Below are positions 20,122-31,000 of a DNA stretch of 64,000 nucleotides, piece after piece; position 1 is the stretch's first letter; every line of letters starts with the position of its first letter. Under the pieces are notes generated by a model. That model saw only the letters and a list, made by a program, of their open reading frames with translations, had not been told where the DNA came from and did no database searches. Made by a program: the position numbers and the translations under genes. The stretch is from an uncultured Lentisphaerales bacterium (GTDB lineage Bacteria > Verrucomicrobiota > Lentisphaeria > JABSQK01 > UBA12247). The DNA lies in assembly GCA_943788985.1 (NCBI GenBank), contig CALSSJ010000031.1:1-64000 (forward strand), given 5' to 3'.

Positions 20122-21031
20122 CCTTCCGGTTCTGCGGAATAATGGACACAACAAACGGGCGATGATCTGACGCTTTATGACCGTCCGAAGGTGACAAGAT
20201 CCGGCATTGGGACAGATCCACCTCCGGGAGCAGGTCAAATGAAGCAAGGGCGTAGTCAATCCTACTGTAAGTATCGGATGCACTATGATGGTACGTCCAA
20301 CTCTCGCCGTTCGCGGCAGTTGGACGTAAATCATACAGTCGCTTTGTGTACTTGTAACGCCGATAGAGAACTGTCTTTACCGGCGAGCTGTCCATCGTAT
20401 CGTTCAGATCGCCCAGCACCAACACGTTCGCCAGCGGGTCCTCGTCGATCAGTTCGTCGATCACATATCGCAATTGCCGGGCTTCATACCGACGCATATC
20501 CGTCTGTCCCAGCTTATGGAACACCTTGGACTTAAGGTGCGCTCCCAAGACATGAAGCACATAGTCGTCAATCTCAAACCGAAGGTAGCCAAAGCCACGC
20601 CGTACCTTCACCTCCTGCCCGTTCAGCGAGTACTTTCGATCCGTCCTGTGTTCCTCCGCTGCTGGCTTAATCTTGCAGAGAAATGCCACGTGGCGGGTGT
20701 AGTCTGCCCCGTAGACCAGACTGAGATACGGATAATCTACGCCCAGCTCCCGCAGTCTCTTCTGCAGCAGCCGAAAGTCGTCCCAAGACCCCATCTCCTG
20801 CAACACGACGATGTCCGCATCCAACTCGGCGAGGGCTCGAATCGTTGCCGCAAAGCCTTCCGCATCTCGCGGCGGCTTTTCGTGGGTCGGCCGAAAGTTG
20901 TAAACATTGAAGCTGGCAATCCGGATCGGCTTCGGCTCCTCAGAAAACGCGCAGCCCCCCACCAGAACGAGAAAAAGCGTGAGTCGGGTGCCGACGATTC
21001 GGCACCCGTCGCCACACCCGGCCAGAATCAC
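20018..21031 (-). CDS. Endonuclease/exonuclease/phosphatase family protein, exported
   Basis: IASFNVYN, DIVVLQE, AHLKS, VLGDLND, RIDY, SDH. Confidence 0.9.
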   Translation of the reverse strand: MILAGCGDGCRIVGTRLTLFLVLVGGCAFSEEPKPIRIASFNVYNFRPTHEKPPRDAEGFAATIRALAELDADIVVLQEMGSWDDFRLLQKRLRELGVDYPYLSLVYGADYTRHVAFLCKIKPAAEEHRTDRKYSLNGQEVKVRRGFGYLRFEIDDYVLHVLGAHLKSKVFHKLGQTDMRRYEARQLRYVIDELIDEDPLANVLVLGDLNDTMDSSPVKTVLYRRYKYTKRLYDLRPTAANGESWTYHHSASDTYSRIDYALASFDLLPEVDLSQCRILSPSDGHKASDHRPFVVSIIPQNRKDESIREKFSREIREPVVREAEPGKVFGTRKVLHE

Positions 21032-21411
21032 GCGAGGTCGGGCTCGCTCTGCCCACTGTAGATCATCTCATCATTCTCAAGCAGCACTTCCATATCATAG
21101 AACTCGCGCGCGGTCGGGTGGAAAATGTGAATCAGCACATCGCCATAGTCCATGACAATCCAACTTCCCTCCGCTTTACCTTCGATATTGCGCGGAAGGC
21201 GACGTTCCTCTTTCATCCCCTGATCCACGCTGTTGCGTAAGGCGCGAAGCTGAGGCGCTGAGTTTCCGCTGCATACCACCACGTAGTCGGTGAGCATAGA
21301 GTTCTCCTCTACGCTGTAAACCCTCAGGTCAATGGCCTTGCGATCTTCAAGCAACGTCGCAAACTTGCGCACGGCATCAGGCAGGCAATCAATATCAGTC
21401 ATTCCCATCAT
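21028..21411 (-). CDS. rsfS: Ribosome silencing factor
   Basis: DRKAIDL, DYVVVCSGNS, WIVMDYGDVLIHIF...REFYDME; downstream of nadD. Confidence 0.95.
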   Translation of the reverse strand: MMGMTDIDCLPDAVRKFATLLEDRKAIDLRVYSVEENSMLTDYVVVCSGNSAPQLRALRNSVDQGMKEERRLPRNIEGKAEGSWIVMDYGDVLIHIFHPTAREFYDMEVLLENDEMIYSGQSEPDLA

Positions 21412-22028
21412 CCATCATCTCGATATAATCTGTGTTCTTCAATATAGTCGGCTATGCAGTCCGGGACCAGACCTGCCAGCGATCTTCCCTCTACAACCGC
21501 CCTGCGGACCGCCGTCGAACTAATCTCGAACTGCGGGCCCTCTACCACCTGATCCAGCAGCAAGTGCCCAGTCGGGCCCAGCTCTCTGTCCAGTTCCCCT
21601 GCTGTCGGCGCTGCCACTCCAGGTCGCTTGTACACCAAAAACTGCGTGCTTTCCATTAATTCACGTGCTCTTCGCCAGGAAGCTAGTTCGGCCAGAGAGT
21701 CACCGCCAATCAGAAGTCTCACTCCGGCTCCCAGCTGTTCACGGAAATGCGCCACCATATCAATGGTGAACGACAGGCCTTCCTTTCGCAGCTCATAGTC
21801 CGAAACAGTCATACGGTGATCGTGCGCGATTGCAAGCTCAATCATCTGCAGACGATGGCGCGCGTCCGTAACACGCGCCGCCAACTTGTGAGGCGGAATC
21901 CCGGCAGGCACAAACATGATCTCGGTCACGTGGCCTCCATCCAGCAAATGTCGCGCCAAGCCCAAATGCCCGAGATGAAGCGGATCAAACGTCCCGCCAA
22001 ATATCAAAGGTGCCTCAGTTCTCAACAC
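21408..22028 (-). CDS. nadD: Nicotinate-nucleotide adenylyltransferase
   Basis: FGGTFDPLHLGH, PPHK, IGGDS, ISSTAVR, YIEEHRLY. Confidence 0.95.
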   Translation of the reverse strand: MLRTEAPLIFGGTFDPLHLGHLGLARHLLDGGHVTEIMFVPAGIPPHKLAARVTDARHRLQMIELAIAHDHRMTVSDYELRKEGLSFTIDMVAHFREQLGAGVRLLIGGDSLAELASWRRARELMESTQFLVYKRPGVAAPTAGELDRELGPTGHLLLDQVVEGPQFEISSTAVRRAVVEGRSLAGLVPDCIADYIEEHRLYRDDG

Positions 22029-22944
22029 TACGACAGCTCAGCTCAAGAGTATCACACACGCCAAGAAGATCATCCGGCAACGGCGCCCGCAGGCGCAGAG
22101 GCGTACCGCTCAACGGATGCGGGATGATCAGCCGCAAGGCATGCAACATCTGACGCGGTGCCGCCGGCTCGGGCCTGCCATACAACGTATCCCCCACAAC
22201 TGGGTGTCCAATGTGCTTACAATGCACCCGGATCTGATGCGTGCGCCCCGTCTCGATCCTCACCCGTACCAAACTGGCTGGGCGCGTCACCTCCAGCACC
22301 TCCAGATGTGACACCGCCGGCCGGCCTCCTCGTTCCACTACCGCCATCTTTTTCCGATTTACCCGATGACGCCCAATTAATGTGGACACTGTCTGGTCTA
22401 CCGCCTTGCCACCAAGGATGGCAAGATAAGCCTTCTCAGCACATCGCTCGCTGAATGACCGAATCAGATTCAGCCGAGCCTGCTCCGTCTTTGCAACCAC
22501 CATGATACCACTGGTGTCCAAATCCAGCCGATGTACGATCCCTGGACGCATTGGGTCCCCACACTGGGCGATAGCCGGGCAGTAAGCCACCAAGCGATGC
22601 ACCAATGTCCCGTCATCACGTCCAGCCCCGGGATGCACCACCAACCCAGGCGGTTTGTTCAAAGCAAGCACTGCGTCATCCTCAAAGACCACATCCAACG
22701 GCAGATGTTCAGGCACAATTCGCCCCTCGACAGTCTCCGGCCAAGTCAGCTGGACCACGTCCCCGGCAGCAACCGCCGAGCGCTTGGAAACAGTCGCTTC
22801 GTTTAAGAGAACCTGCCCTGCGCCGACTAGCTTCTGAAGAGAAGCACGGGAACGGTCCGGAAAGCGCTCTGCCAGAACCCTATCCAATCTCTGGTCGGCT
22901 TCATCAAGCGTAATTGTCAGTGTTGTTATAGATTCCATAGCCAC
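22015..22944 (-). CDS. rluD: RluA-family 23S rRNA pseudouridine synthase with S4 domain
   Basis: RLDRVL (S4), NKPPGLVVHP, HRLD, TGRTHQIRVH, GDTLYG. Confidence 0.9.
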   Translation of the reverse strand: MAMESITTLTITLDEADQRLDRVLAERFPDRSRASLQKLVGAGQVLLNEATVSKRSAVAAGDVVQLTWPETVEGRIVPEHLPLDVVFEDDAVLALNKPPGLVVHPGAGRDDGTLVHRLVAYCPAIAQCGDPMRPGIVHRLDLDTSGIMVVAKTEQARLNLIRSFSERCAEKAYLAILGGKAVDQTVSTLIGRHRVNRKKMAVVERGGRPAVSHLEVLEVTRPASLVRVRIETGRTHQIRVHCKHIGHPVVGDTLYGRPEPAAPRQMLHALRLIIPHPLSGTPLRLRAPLPDDLLGVCDTLELSCRSVEN

Positions 22945-22983
22945 ACTATACGCGAGATCGCGCTCGCAACCCCACAGCGTCTG

Positions 22984-23976
22984 CTATAGAGATAAGACTG
23001 TACTGCATCCGCCTCCAGCTTCCTGCCAGTGCAACGGCTCTCCCGCCGAGAATCTCTGCATCTGAGCGGCCTGCTGCTCCGCAGCACGCAAAAGATAATC
23101 CGGTGTAACCGCTGCCACATGCGGAGTCAGCACCACATCCGCCTCGCACCGCAAAGGAGAATCCGCTGCAACTGGCTCTACACCCACCACATCAAGCCCC
23201 GCACGCAACTGCCCGGCGCGTACACGACGCAACAGTGCCTCCTCATCCACAGTACTTCCGCGGCCTACGTTCACGAGAACTGCCGGGCTTGGCAGTAACG
23301 AAAGCCGCCGCTCTGCCAACAGCTGATGCGTTCCCTCTCCACCTGGCAGCGAGTTGAACACGAACCGAGACCGATGCAGCTCAGCGTCAAGATCGGTCAA
23401 CTCCACGACCCTCACGCCATCCTCCCGAATGCGCGCCTCCCGCCCAAGAGCCGAGCATGAGCAGCCAAACGCAAGGGCACGAGTTGCGATCGCACTACCC
23501 ACGCCGCCAATTCCCAGCAACAAGCAATGCGAGCCCGCAACATCCAGGACCCGCTCCAGAAACTCTGGCCTCTCAGATGCTGCAGCTCTGTCACTCGCGC
23601 CGTGATGAAACCCTCGGGCCAACATCAGCGCCATTGCCCAGGCGTGTTCGGCAATCGCCGGGCCATGGTGGCCGTGGCTGGTCGTCACAATCCAGCCTGA
23701 TCTCAAAAGCGTCTCGACATCCAGATAGTCTGCGCCAGCCGCTGGCGTGCTGATCCAGCGAAGCCCTGCGCACAAGGCCAACTCCTCCGCACCTGCGCTC
23801 CACGTCCAAATCGCATCTGCGCCCTCGCGCAGCATTGCGCTTCGTTCAGCGCCGTACTCCGGCAGCGCTGTCACCACCCAGCCTGGGAGAGTGCGGAGCC
23901 GAGCCAAGACTGGCTCGTTCGCGGCCCAACAGGCCATTTGCTGGTGGTATAGGTCAACTAGAAGACGAAAGCCCAT
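22984..23976 (-). CDS. D-2-hydroxyacid dehydrogenase family protein
   Basis: IAEHA, GIGGVG Rossmann motif, VNVGRG, LDV..EP, LTPHVA. Confidence 0.9.
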   Translation of the reverse strand: MGFRLLVDLYHQQMACWAANEPVLARLRTLPGWVVTALPEYGAERSAMLREGADAIWTWSAGAEELALCAGLRWISTPAAGADYLDVETLLRSGWIVTTSHGHHGPAIAEHAWAMALMLARGFHHGASDRAAASERPEFLERVLDVAGSHCLLLGIGGVGSAIATRALAFGCSCSALGREARIREDGVRVVELTDLDAELHRSRFVFNSLPGGEGTHQLLAERRLSLLPSPAVLVNVGRGSTVDEEALLRRVRAGQLRAGLDVVGVEPVAADSPLRCEADVVLTPHVAAVTPDYLLRAAEQQAAQMQRFSAGEPLHWQEAGGGCSTVLSL

Positions 23977-23997
23977 AACCCCTCCAGAAACAGAAAA

Positions 23998-24021
23998 GGC
24001 CGCGCTTAGCTAAGCGCGGCC
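23998..24021 (-). terminator. Rho-independent terminator of the IPTL-CTERM protein gene
   Basis: Perfect 24-bp palindrome GGCCGCGCTTAGCTAAGCGCGGCC followed by TTTTCTGTTT on the minus strand, ~30 bp after the stop codon. Confidence 0.8.
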
Positions 24022-24049
24022 CTCCCGACGAAAGATTGTCGTGTAGCTG

Positions 24050-25792
24050 TTAAGCGACGCGATTAGCCTGCGCTGCGTTCGCGTCGCGGTGTTCGGCACA
24101 GAATGCGACCACGTATGCCAACAGCGCTGTTGCAACGGGAATGCCGAACAGGTCGGCGGCAGCAACGCTGGAACCAACTGCCAGCATCACAGCGTAGCCA
24201 ACGGCAACAATCAGAACAGCGGCCGGAAGTGCGCGGCTAAGGGCCTCACGGGCAACGATGATTTCGCTAGCTGATGGCAGGCGACGGAGGCCGAAGACCA
24301 ATAGAGTCAGGGAAAGAAGGATGATGCCCCACTCGCCCAGCGCTGGCACGGCCAGTATCAGATTTGCTAGAGTGGGCGCGTTGAAGTCGTTGTAGTTAAG
24401 GACCCAACCCGTCCCAATGATCTGCGTACCTGTGTCTACCGCGCTCGAGCCCTCAAGGTCGACGTTGAGTACGTCGGTGCCAGCGTCACCGTTGAACTCG
24501 ATGAAGATGTTACCAAGTGCCGCGAGAGCTGTTTGCGTGACGGACACGTCATCGTTGCCGCTGCCCGCATTGATGATCAGGCTTCCAGTGGGATTGGTGA
24601 AGTCGATCCGTTCGAAGGTCGCCCCCGTGGCTTCTACACGAGTCTGGGTGCCAGCAGTCACGCTGCTGACCACGATACTCTGCGCAGCGCCAGTGTTGTC
24701 GTTGATGATTACGTTGGTAACGGTCCCGTTGACCTCCGTGGGCTCGAGGCCGGTGAAAGTCAGCGTATTGCCGTCGAGAGCAACTGAACCGTCAGTCACA
24801 TTGACCACTGAGTACGTCAGCGTATTGCCGTCAACATCGGTGAAATTCATGCTGTCGACACCGCCACCGCCACCGCCCGCCACGGTAAACTGCGGCATCA
24901 CGCCACCAGCCAAGTCGAAATTGAACACGTCAGTGTCGTTACTGCCCTGAATGGTGACCGACTCGGCCGCGTCGACAAACGTGGCAACTTGGCCCCCGAC
25001 AGAGATTCTGAAGTTCGGACCGACGCGAACGATTTCGAATACATCGTCGTTGCCATCCCCCGATAAATTGGGATCGACATCGCTTACCTCGACAACCCGG
25101 GATGTACTGACCACCAGCTCGTCCAAATAAGTCGGGGCTGCAGCCGATGTGGCAATCTCAATCTCGGCGATCACGTTGTTGGTTTGCACCATGTTGAGCC
25201 ATGGACCTGGCTGTGTTGCGCCCTTCGCAGTGGAGTAGCCATTTGCATCGCTGATCTCCGAACCATTTACCGACACCTTGTAGCGGTTGCCGTCGTAATT
25301 TGCAGTGACCACCAGGTGAACCCATTCGAGATCTGCAATCACGGGGCTTGACGTCAGCTCGTACCAGGCACTGCCACCGTTGTCATACCAGACATTCACC
25401 TTCCCAGAGAGATCATCGACATAGACAGCGAGCTGGTCGCCAGGGGCACCTGTTGGTTGCACACCACTGCGAACGACTTGCACGAGCATCTCGGCAACCA
25501 CTTCGTGGTCGGCCGTACCAGCCACGGTCAGCACTGCATCCTCTTCCACGGACAAAACTTGGGCATGCCCACCACTGAGAGGCGCAGTACCACCGCCGCC
25601 AAGATAGGAGGCCAATGAAGCAGGTGCCGCAACCACAGTCGCTGTGCCACCAGTCGTGCTGGTCCAATCACCTTCGTTGGCAATGTCGTAGTTGATCGCT
25701 TGCGATTCGAAATCCTCGTCAGCGGGGGGAGTGGCTGCAAGTGCGGTCGCTACGCTAAAGCAGGCAACGACGGAGAGTAGGAAATGTCTCAT
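24050..25792 (-). CDS. Secreted low-complexity surface protein with IPTL-CTERM sorting motif and a membrane C-terminal extension
   Basis: Signal peptide, Asp/Thr/Gly-rich body, AVPALGEWGIILLSLTLLVFGLRR, then two further hydrophobic helices. Confidence 0.8.
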   Translation of the reverse strand: MRHFLLSVVACFSVATALAATPPADEDFESQAINYDIANEGDWTSTTGGTATVVAAPASLASYLGGGGTAPLSGGHAQVLSVEEDAVLTVAGTADHEVVAEMLVQVVRSGVQPTGAPGDQLAVYVDDLSGKVNVWYDNGGSAWYELTSSPVIADLEWVHLVVTANYDGNRYKVSVNGSEISDANGYSTAKGATQPGPWLNMVQTNNVIAEIEIATSAAAPTYLDELVVSTSRVVEVSDVDPNLSGDGNDDVFEIVRVGPNFRISVGGQVATFVDAAESVTIQGSNDTDVFNFDLAGGVMPQFTVAGGGGGGVDSMNFTDVDGNTLTYSVVNVTDGSVALDGNTLTFTGLEPTEVNGTVTNVIINDNTGAAQSIVVSSVTAGTQTRVEATGATFERIDFTNPTGSLIINAGSGNDDVSVTQTALAALGNIFIEFNGDAGTDVLNVDLEGSSAVDTGTQIIGTGWVLNYNDFNAPTLANLILAVPALGEWGIILLSLTLLVFGLRRLPSASEIIVAREALSRALPAAVLIVAVGYAVMLAVGSSVAAADLFGIPVATALLAYVVAFCAEHRDANAAQANRVA

Positions 25793-26567
25793 AAGTCTGA
25801 CCTGTATCCGGAGTGTGGGGTTTTGAGCTGAATGGAAACTGTCACGGCCCGTACTTTACCCCAGTTGTGGGCCGCGACAATCGAGTTTCGCAAATTTCCA
25901 GATATTTGATCGATTGCGCATGAAAATTGGCGCAGAACGCAGCCAGGCGCGATAATTACACGATCGAAGTCTAATTCCAAGATTGCTTCAAGCGAATGAC
26001 AGCACGTACTTCAGTCGCGAACTTACGTCACAAACAGACGCGAAACCGCCATTCGGCCGTAGTTCCCAAGCGCGCGGTCGCCAGTCGGGCCATAAGCGGA
26101 ACCGGCGAGTCGACAGGGTGGAAGATGAGGCCGGTAAGAATGAGCGTCCGGGCTTTTGATCGAAAAACACGGTCTCATTGACCGTCGGCATTCCCGCGAT
26201 CGGCATCCCCGCCCCCAATAGCCGAATTTTATCCAAGCGTCTCATCCCGAAGTTCGGGGCGTTTGCGTCCCAATCCAGCCGCCCAAAAACCTTTCGTTTC
26301 GGGAAAATGGCTGCGATCCCCGCAAAAAGAGACGATGGAGGGTGTTGGGCGTAACAACGACCACCACCACCATTCTAAGCGACATAAAACCGCCGCGCAA
26401 TGCCAGGGACAGCGGGCCGGAACTGCCCCTCCCAAAAAAAACGCCATCCTAACGGCGGACAATGGTGGTCCAACACTCAGGTGACGCAAAGGCTACCTTA
26501 ACACGGTAGTCTCTCACCCAGAGGTTCTCTCAGGTCTCTGTCATCAAAGCCAGCCCTGCCGCAGCGG

Positions 26568-27563
26568 TTACTCGTCGCTAAAGGCGGCGTCGAACGCCAG
26601 ACCAGAGGGCGTAAAGTCGACCTGCTTGACAAAAGCACAGGCCTCGGTAGCGCCCTGCTCGCGATCCATGCCGCTGTCTTCCCATTCCACGGAGAGTGGT
26701 CCCCCGTAGCCAACGCGGTTGAGCGCGCGGATGATCTCTTCAAAATTCACTTTTCCCCGTCCAATCGAACGAAAGTCCCAGAAACGACGATTGTCGCCGA
26801 AAGACAAGTGGCCACCAAAGACACCAGCCTCGGTCGGAGTGTCACTCCACTGCACGTCCTTCATGTGCGCGTGGAAGATACGCTCGCCGAAGGTGTCAAT
26901 GAACTTCACGTAGTCCACACCCTGATAGCCGAGATGGCTTGGGTCGTAATTGAAGCCGAAGGCAGGGTGCCCGTCCAGCGCATCAAGCGCCGTCTGCGCG
27001 CTGGCGATGTCGAAGGCGATCTCAGTCGGATGAACCTCCAGCCCGAAGCGGATGCCCAGGCTCTGAAACTGGTCCAGTACCGGCTTCCATAATTCTGCGA
27101 ACTTCGCAAAACCGTCCTCGATCATCTGCGGCGTCGTGGGCGGAAATGCGTAAAGCATGTGCCAGATTGGGCTGCCGGTAAATCCGTTCACGACATTCAC
27201 CCCAAGGCGCTTGGCGGCTTCTGCCGTCGCCACCATTTCATCCGCAGCACGCTTACGCACACCATCAGGATCACCATCGCCCCAGACATACTGGGGCAAA
27301 ATCGCCTTGTGCCGCTCATCAATGTTGTCTGCGACTGCCTGCCCCACAAGATGGGCAGAAATCGCGTGCAACTGCAGCCCGTGTCCCGCAAGCAATTCGC
27401 GACGTGCATCGCAATATGCCTGGTCTGCCTGGTCCACTTCGAAATGGTCTCCCCAGCAGGCGAGTTCCAATCCGTCATAGCCGAAGGACGCTGCCTTCTG
27501 GCACATGTCCGAAATTCTAAGGTCGGCCCATTGGCCGGTAAATAGTGTAACTGGGCGAGCCAT
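26568..27563 (-). CDS. Sugar phosphate isomerase/epimerase (xylose isomerase-like TIM barrel)
   Basis: [54 protein letters not shown]. Confidence 0.93.
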   Translation of the reverse strand: MARPVTLFTGQWADLRISDMCQKAASFGYDGLELACWGDHFEVDQADQAYCDARRELLAGHGLQLHAISAHLVGQAVADNIDERHKAILPQYVWGDGDPDGVRKRAADEMVATAEAAKRLGVNVVNGFTGSPIWHMLYAFPPTTPQMIEDGFAKFAELWKPVLDQFQSLGIRFGLEVHPTEIAFDIASAQTALDALDGHPAFGFNYDPSHLGYQGVDYVKFIDTFGERIFHAHMKDVQWSDTPTEAGVFGGHLSFGDNRRFWDFRSIGRGKVNFEEIIRALNRVGYGGPLSVEWEDSGMDREQGATEACAFVKQVDFTPSGLAFDAAFSDE

Positions 27564-27580
27564 GGTTACCTCCAGATGTT

Positions 27581-28747
27581 TCAGTCTTCGATTTTTGTCC
27601 AGGCAGCGCCCGCGGCTGCGGACTCCACGCATGCTTGAATAAAGGCCATGCCGCGCACGCCATCAGCCACGGTCGGGAAGTCCAGATCCAGCTCCGAAGC
27701 CGGCTTGCCGTCCAACTTGCTGCGCAGTGCTCGCGCGAAGTTCTTATATACGTTCGCGAACGCTTCGAGGTAGCCTTCTGGATGGCCTGCAGGTGTTCGG
27801 CATGCGCCCAGTGCTGCTGGCGAAAGCCGGTCTCCGTAATTGCCGCCAGCACGCAGGATCTGACGTGGCTGGTCGATGAACGTGCGGATAAGGGTATTTG
27901 GTTCTTCCTGTTTCCAGATTAGCCCGCCCGCCTCGCCGTACACACGGATGTTCAGCCCGTTCTCCTCATCAATCGAGATCTGACTGGCGGAAAGCGTCCC
28001 GCGGGCCCCACCTTTGAAGCGCAGCAAGCAGTTCGCGTCGTCTTCCAGCTCTCGACTCCCGACGAAGGTGGTGAACTCAGCGCACACTTCATCAATCTCC
28101 AAGCCGGTGATGTACTCGGCAAGGTTCTCTGCATGAGTACCAATGTCACCCACGCAGCAGGACGCGCCGGCACGCTTGGGATCCGTCCGCCACGCCGCCT
28201 GCTTCTGATCCTCCGCCTCCAACTGGGTCGCCAGCCAGCCTTGTGGATACTCTGCCACGACCTTCCGAATCTTTCCCAGTTGCCCGCTCTGCACCAGGTC
28301 GCGCGCCTGCTTGACCATGGGATAGCCAGTGTAATTGTGGGTCAGCGCAAACAGCAGACCTTTTTCCTGCACCAAGCCGCGAATCTCTCGCGCCTCGGCC
28401 AGGTCAAAGTTCATCGGCTTGTCCGAGACCACGTGAAATCCTGCCTCAAGCGCGGCCTTTTGCACCGGATAGTGCATGTAGTTTGGCGTGACGATGGATA
28501 CGAAATCCATTCGCTCGCCCAGTGGAAGCTCAGCTTCCTTCGCGAACATCTCGGCGTAAGAACCGTAAACCCGCTCTTCAGGCAGGTACCAGTCGGCACC
28601 GGATTGCTTGGATCTTTCTGGATCGGAGCTGAAGGCTCCACAGACCAGTTCGATTTCATTGTCAATTGCTGCTGCCATCCGGTGAACGGTGCCAATAAAA
28701 GCCCCTCGCCCCCCTCCGACCATGCCCATGCGCATCTTGCGAGCCAT
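27581..28747 (-). CDS. Gfo/Idh/MocA family oxidoreductase
   Basis: [44 protein letters not shown]. Confidence 0.93.
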   Translation of the reverse strand: MARKMRMGMVGGGRGAFIGTVHRMAAAIDNEIELVCGAFSSDPERSKQSGADWYLPEERVYGSYAEMFAKEAELPLGERMDFVSIVTPNYMHYPVQKAALEAGFHVVSDKPMNFDLAEAREIRGLVQEKGLLFALTHNYTGYPMVKQARDLVQSGQLGKIRKVVAEYPQGWLATQLEAEDQKQAAWRTDPKRAGASCCVGDIGTHAENLAEYITGLEIDEVCAEFTTFVGSRELEDDANCLLRFKGGARGTLSASQISIDEENGLNIRVYGEAGGLIWKQEEPNTLIRTFIDQPRQILRAGGNYGDRLSPAALGACRTPAGHPEGYLEAFANVYKNFARALRSKLDGKPASELDLDFPTVADGVRGMAFIQACVESAAAGAAWTKIED

Positions 28748-28815
28748 AGCTATGCTCCTTAAAGTTTTCTGTTCGCCTGCTGCGAAATCGGCGGTACTCT
28801 AGCACTATTTGGCGC

Positions 28816-29466
28816 ATGCGCACCCGCCCCAGCCTCACGAGCTCTCTGAGGAGCCCAAATCTCTTGCCATATGATCCAACTATTGCCGGTGTCGTCTTCG
28901 ATTTCGACGGCACCTTGACCCAACCGGGTGCCTTGGACTTCCCGGCCATGCGCAAAGAAATCGGCTGCCCGCACGATGGCGACATCCTCGTCCATCTGCG
29001 CAACCTTCCGGCCAGCCAGCAAGCGAGAGCGGAGACCATCATCCAAGCCATGGAGATGACTGCAGCCGAGCGCTCGGTCCCCAATGAAGGAGCTGAGACC
29101 GTGATTCGTGAACTCCGCAAACGCGGCGTAAAACTGGCGATCCTGACGAGAAACTCTCGAGCTGCCTTTGACTGCGCACTGAAGCGATTTTCGAGGATTT
29201 CTGCTGCGGACTTCGCAATTATCCTGACTCGGGATGAGGCCCGGCGCGACAAACCGCACCCTGACGGGGTTGTGCAGGCTGCTGTCGAGATGGGCGTGCC
29301 ATGTGATAAAATTGTGGTTGTCGGTGACTTTTCCTATGACATTGAGGCGGGGCACGCTGCTGGAGCCGCTACCGCCTTTCTTCCTCCCCTACCGTCGGCC
29401 ACCACTCGCATCGCCCCAACCGTGCGTCTCACCCGCCTGAATCAGCTACTGGATGTATTTTTCTAA
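28816..29466 (+). CDS. HAD-IA family hydrolase
   Basis: FDFDGTL, LTRN, KPHPDG, VGDFSYDIEAG. Confidence 0.88.
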   Translation: MRTRPSLTSSLRSPNLLPYDPTIAGVVFDFDGTLTQPGALDFPAMRKEIGCPHDGDILVHLRNLPASQQARAETIIQAMEMTAAERSVPNEGAETVIRELRKRGVKLAILTRNSRAAFDCALKRFSRISAADFAIILTRDEARRDKPHPDGVVQAAVEMGVPCDKIVVVGDFSYDIEAGHAAGAATAFLPPLPSATTRIAPTVRLTRLNQLLDVFF

Positions 29467-29538
29467 ATACTTTCGCTCGGGAGTTGCACCGGCGGCCGTC
29501 ATTTCATACAAGGTATGCCATAAACCAAGGAGAGTGAT

Positions 29539-30039
29539 ATGGACCTAACTCACGTAGATGCCTCGAATCAGCCGCGTATGGTTGATGTCGGAGAAAAGAC
29601 GGTCACCAGGCGTATGGCCCGCGCCCGCGCCGTCGTCCATCTCGGAGCAGAAATCATGGCAGGGCTACAGGGCGGTGATCTTCACGCTAAGAAAGGGCCA
29701 GTTTTTCAAACCGCGATTATCGCCGGAACCATGGCAGCCAAGCGCACCTCCGAGGCCATCCCATTCTGCCATCTCCTGCCCCTAGAGCGCTGTAAAATCC
29801 AGATTCAACCGCTGGACGCGGAGTCAGTGGAGATTCTGTGCGAGACCGCTATCAGCCACAAGACGGGGGTTGAAATGGAGGCGCTACACGGAGCATCTGT
29901 GGCAGCACTGACCATCTACGACATGTGCAAGGCACTTTCACTTACCATCGAGATTCGAGAGCTCTGTTTAGTGGCCAAAAATGGAGGCAGGCGCGATTAT
30001 GAGCGGGCACAAAAAACATCGTCCGCGGTTCCTATTTAA
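29539..30039 (+). CDS. moaC: Cyclic pyranopterin monophosphate synthase
   Basis: LTHVD...MVDVGEK, KKGPVF, IPFCH, KTGVEMEAL, TIYDMCKA. Confidence 0.95.
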   Translation: MDLTHVDASNQPRMVDVGEKTVTRRMARARAVVHLGAEIMAGLQGGDLHAKKGPVFQTAIIAGTMAAKRTSEAIPFCHLLPLERCKIQIQPLDAESVEILCETAISHKTGVEMEALHGASVAALTIYDMCKALSLTIEIRELCLVAKNGGRRDYERAQKTSSAVPI

Positions 30040-30979
30040 CCCACTAGAAAGGCACATCAGCGGCCGTATTGAGCTGCTAACAGAGCTGATCGCCCAACTT
30101 TCCGCGCAGTGGCGGATCGGCGTTGCTGGTCCCGTACCTGTTCCAGGCGCTGAGTTCCTCAACATCGAGTCCCATCTCTGCTGGACGCAGACTCATCTGC
30201 GAGATTGCGACTTCGCGCTGATCTACAGCACGACGGAGCAGAGCAACCTGCATATAGGGGAGTTGGGCGATGTGCCCCCGATAGCGGATCGCCTCGAGCG
30301 CTGGATTCAGCGGACTGTCAATGCCCGCCCACTTCACGGTTTAGTACTGGTCGGCGGGAAAAGCAGCCGCATGGGCGCAGACAAGGCCTCTCTGTGCTAC
30401 CAAAACCACTCACAGGCAGCGGTGTGCACCAAGCTGCTGCAAACCTGCTGCGAGGAAGTGGCGCTCTCGGCCAGGCCCGGCCAGGCCGTGCCTGATGATG
30501 TCGTCCACCTGCCACGAGTAGATGACTGCTTCTTGGAGATGGGGCCATTAGGCGGAATCCTCAGCGCCCTCCATAGCGAGCCGAATGCAGCCTGGCTTGT
30601 CCTCGGCTGTGATCTTCCCCTAGTCTGCGGGGAAACATTGGACGCGCTGCTGGATGGCCGGAGACCAACCGCCGCTGCCACCGCTTTCAAGGCGGTCGAC
30701 AGTGGCTTTCCCGAGCCACTCTGCGCCATCTATGAGCCCAAAATCATCTTCGACTTGTTACACGTAGTCGCGACCGGTAACTGCTGCCCACGCAAGGTGC
30801 TAGTCAATTGCCACCGTCAACTACTGGAGCAGGAGAGTCCGCTATGGCTGGCGAACGCCAATACCCCGGATGAAGCCAAGCGCCTGCAGGTGCATGTAGA
30901 GGCACAGCGCAAGCGGTCGTTAAAAGAAGGCTATTGCCGGGCAAGCTCACGCGCTCCACGGCACGAGACAGTCCCCTGA
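29999..30979 (+). CDS. mobA: Molybdenum cofactor guanylyltransferase with a ~110-aa N-terminal extension
   Basis: GLVLVGGKSSRMGADKA, GPLGGI, LGCDLP, PEPLCAIY, NANTPDE. Confidence 0.88.
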   Translation: MSGHKKHRPRFLFNPLERHISGRIELLTELIAQLSAQWRIGVAGPVPVPGAEFLNIESHLCWTQTHLRDCDFALIYSTTEQSNLHIGELGDVPPIADRLERWIQRTVNARPLHGLVLVGGKSSRMGADKASLCYQNHSQAAVCTKLLQTCCEEVALSARPGQAVPDDVVHLPRVDDCFLEMGPLGGILSALHSEPNAAWLVLGCDLPLVCGETLDALLDGRRPTAAATAFKAVDSGFPEPLCAIYEPKIIFDLLHVVATGNCCPRKVLVNCHRQLLEQESPLWLANANTPDEAKRLQVHVEAQRKRSLKEGYCRASSRAPRHETVP

Positions 30980-31000
30980 ATCGCACAGCTCGCGACCAAT

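Noticed and set aside
26465..26545. Tandem glycine riboswitch (two CTCAGG motifs)
   Set aside because: Other conserved aptamer motifs are not seen, and the orientation has no downstream gene.
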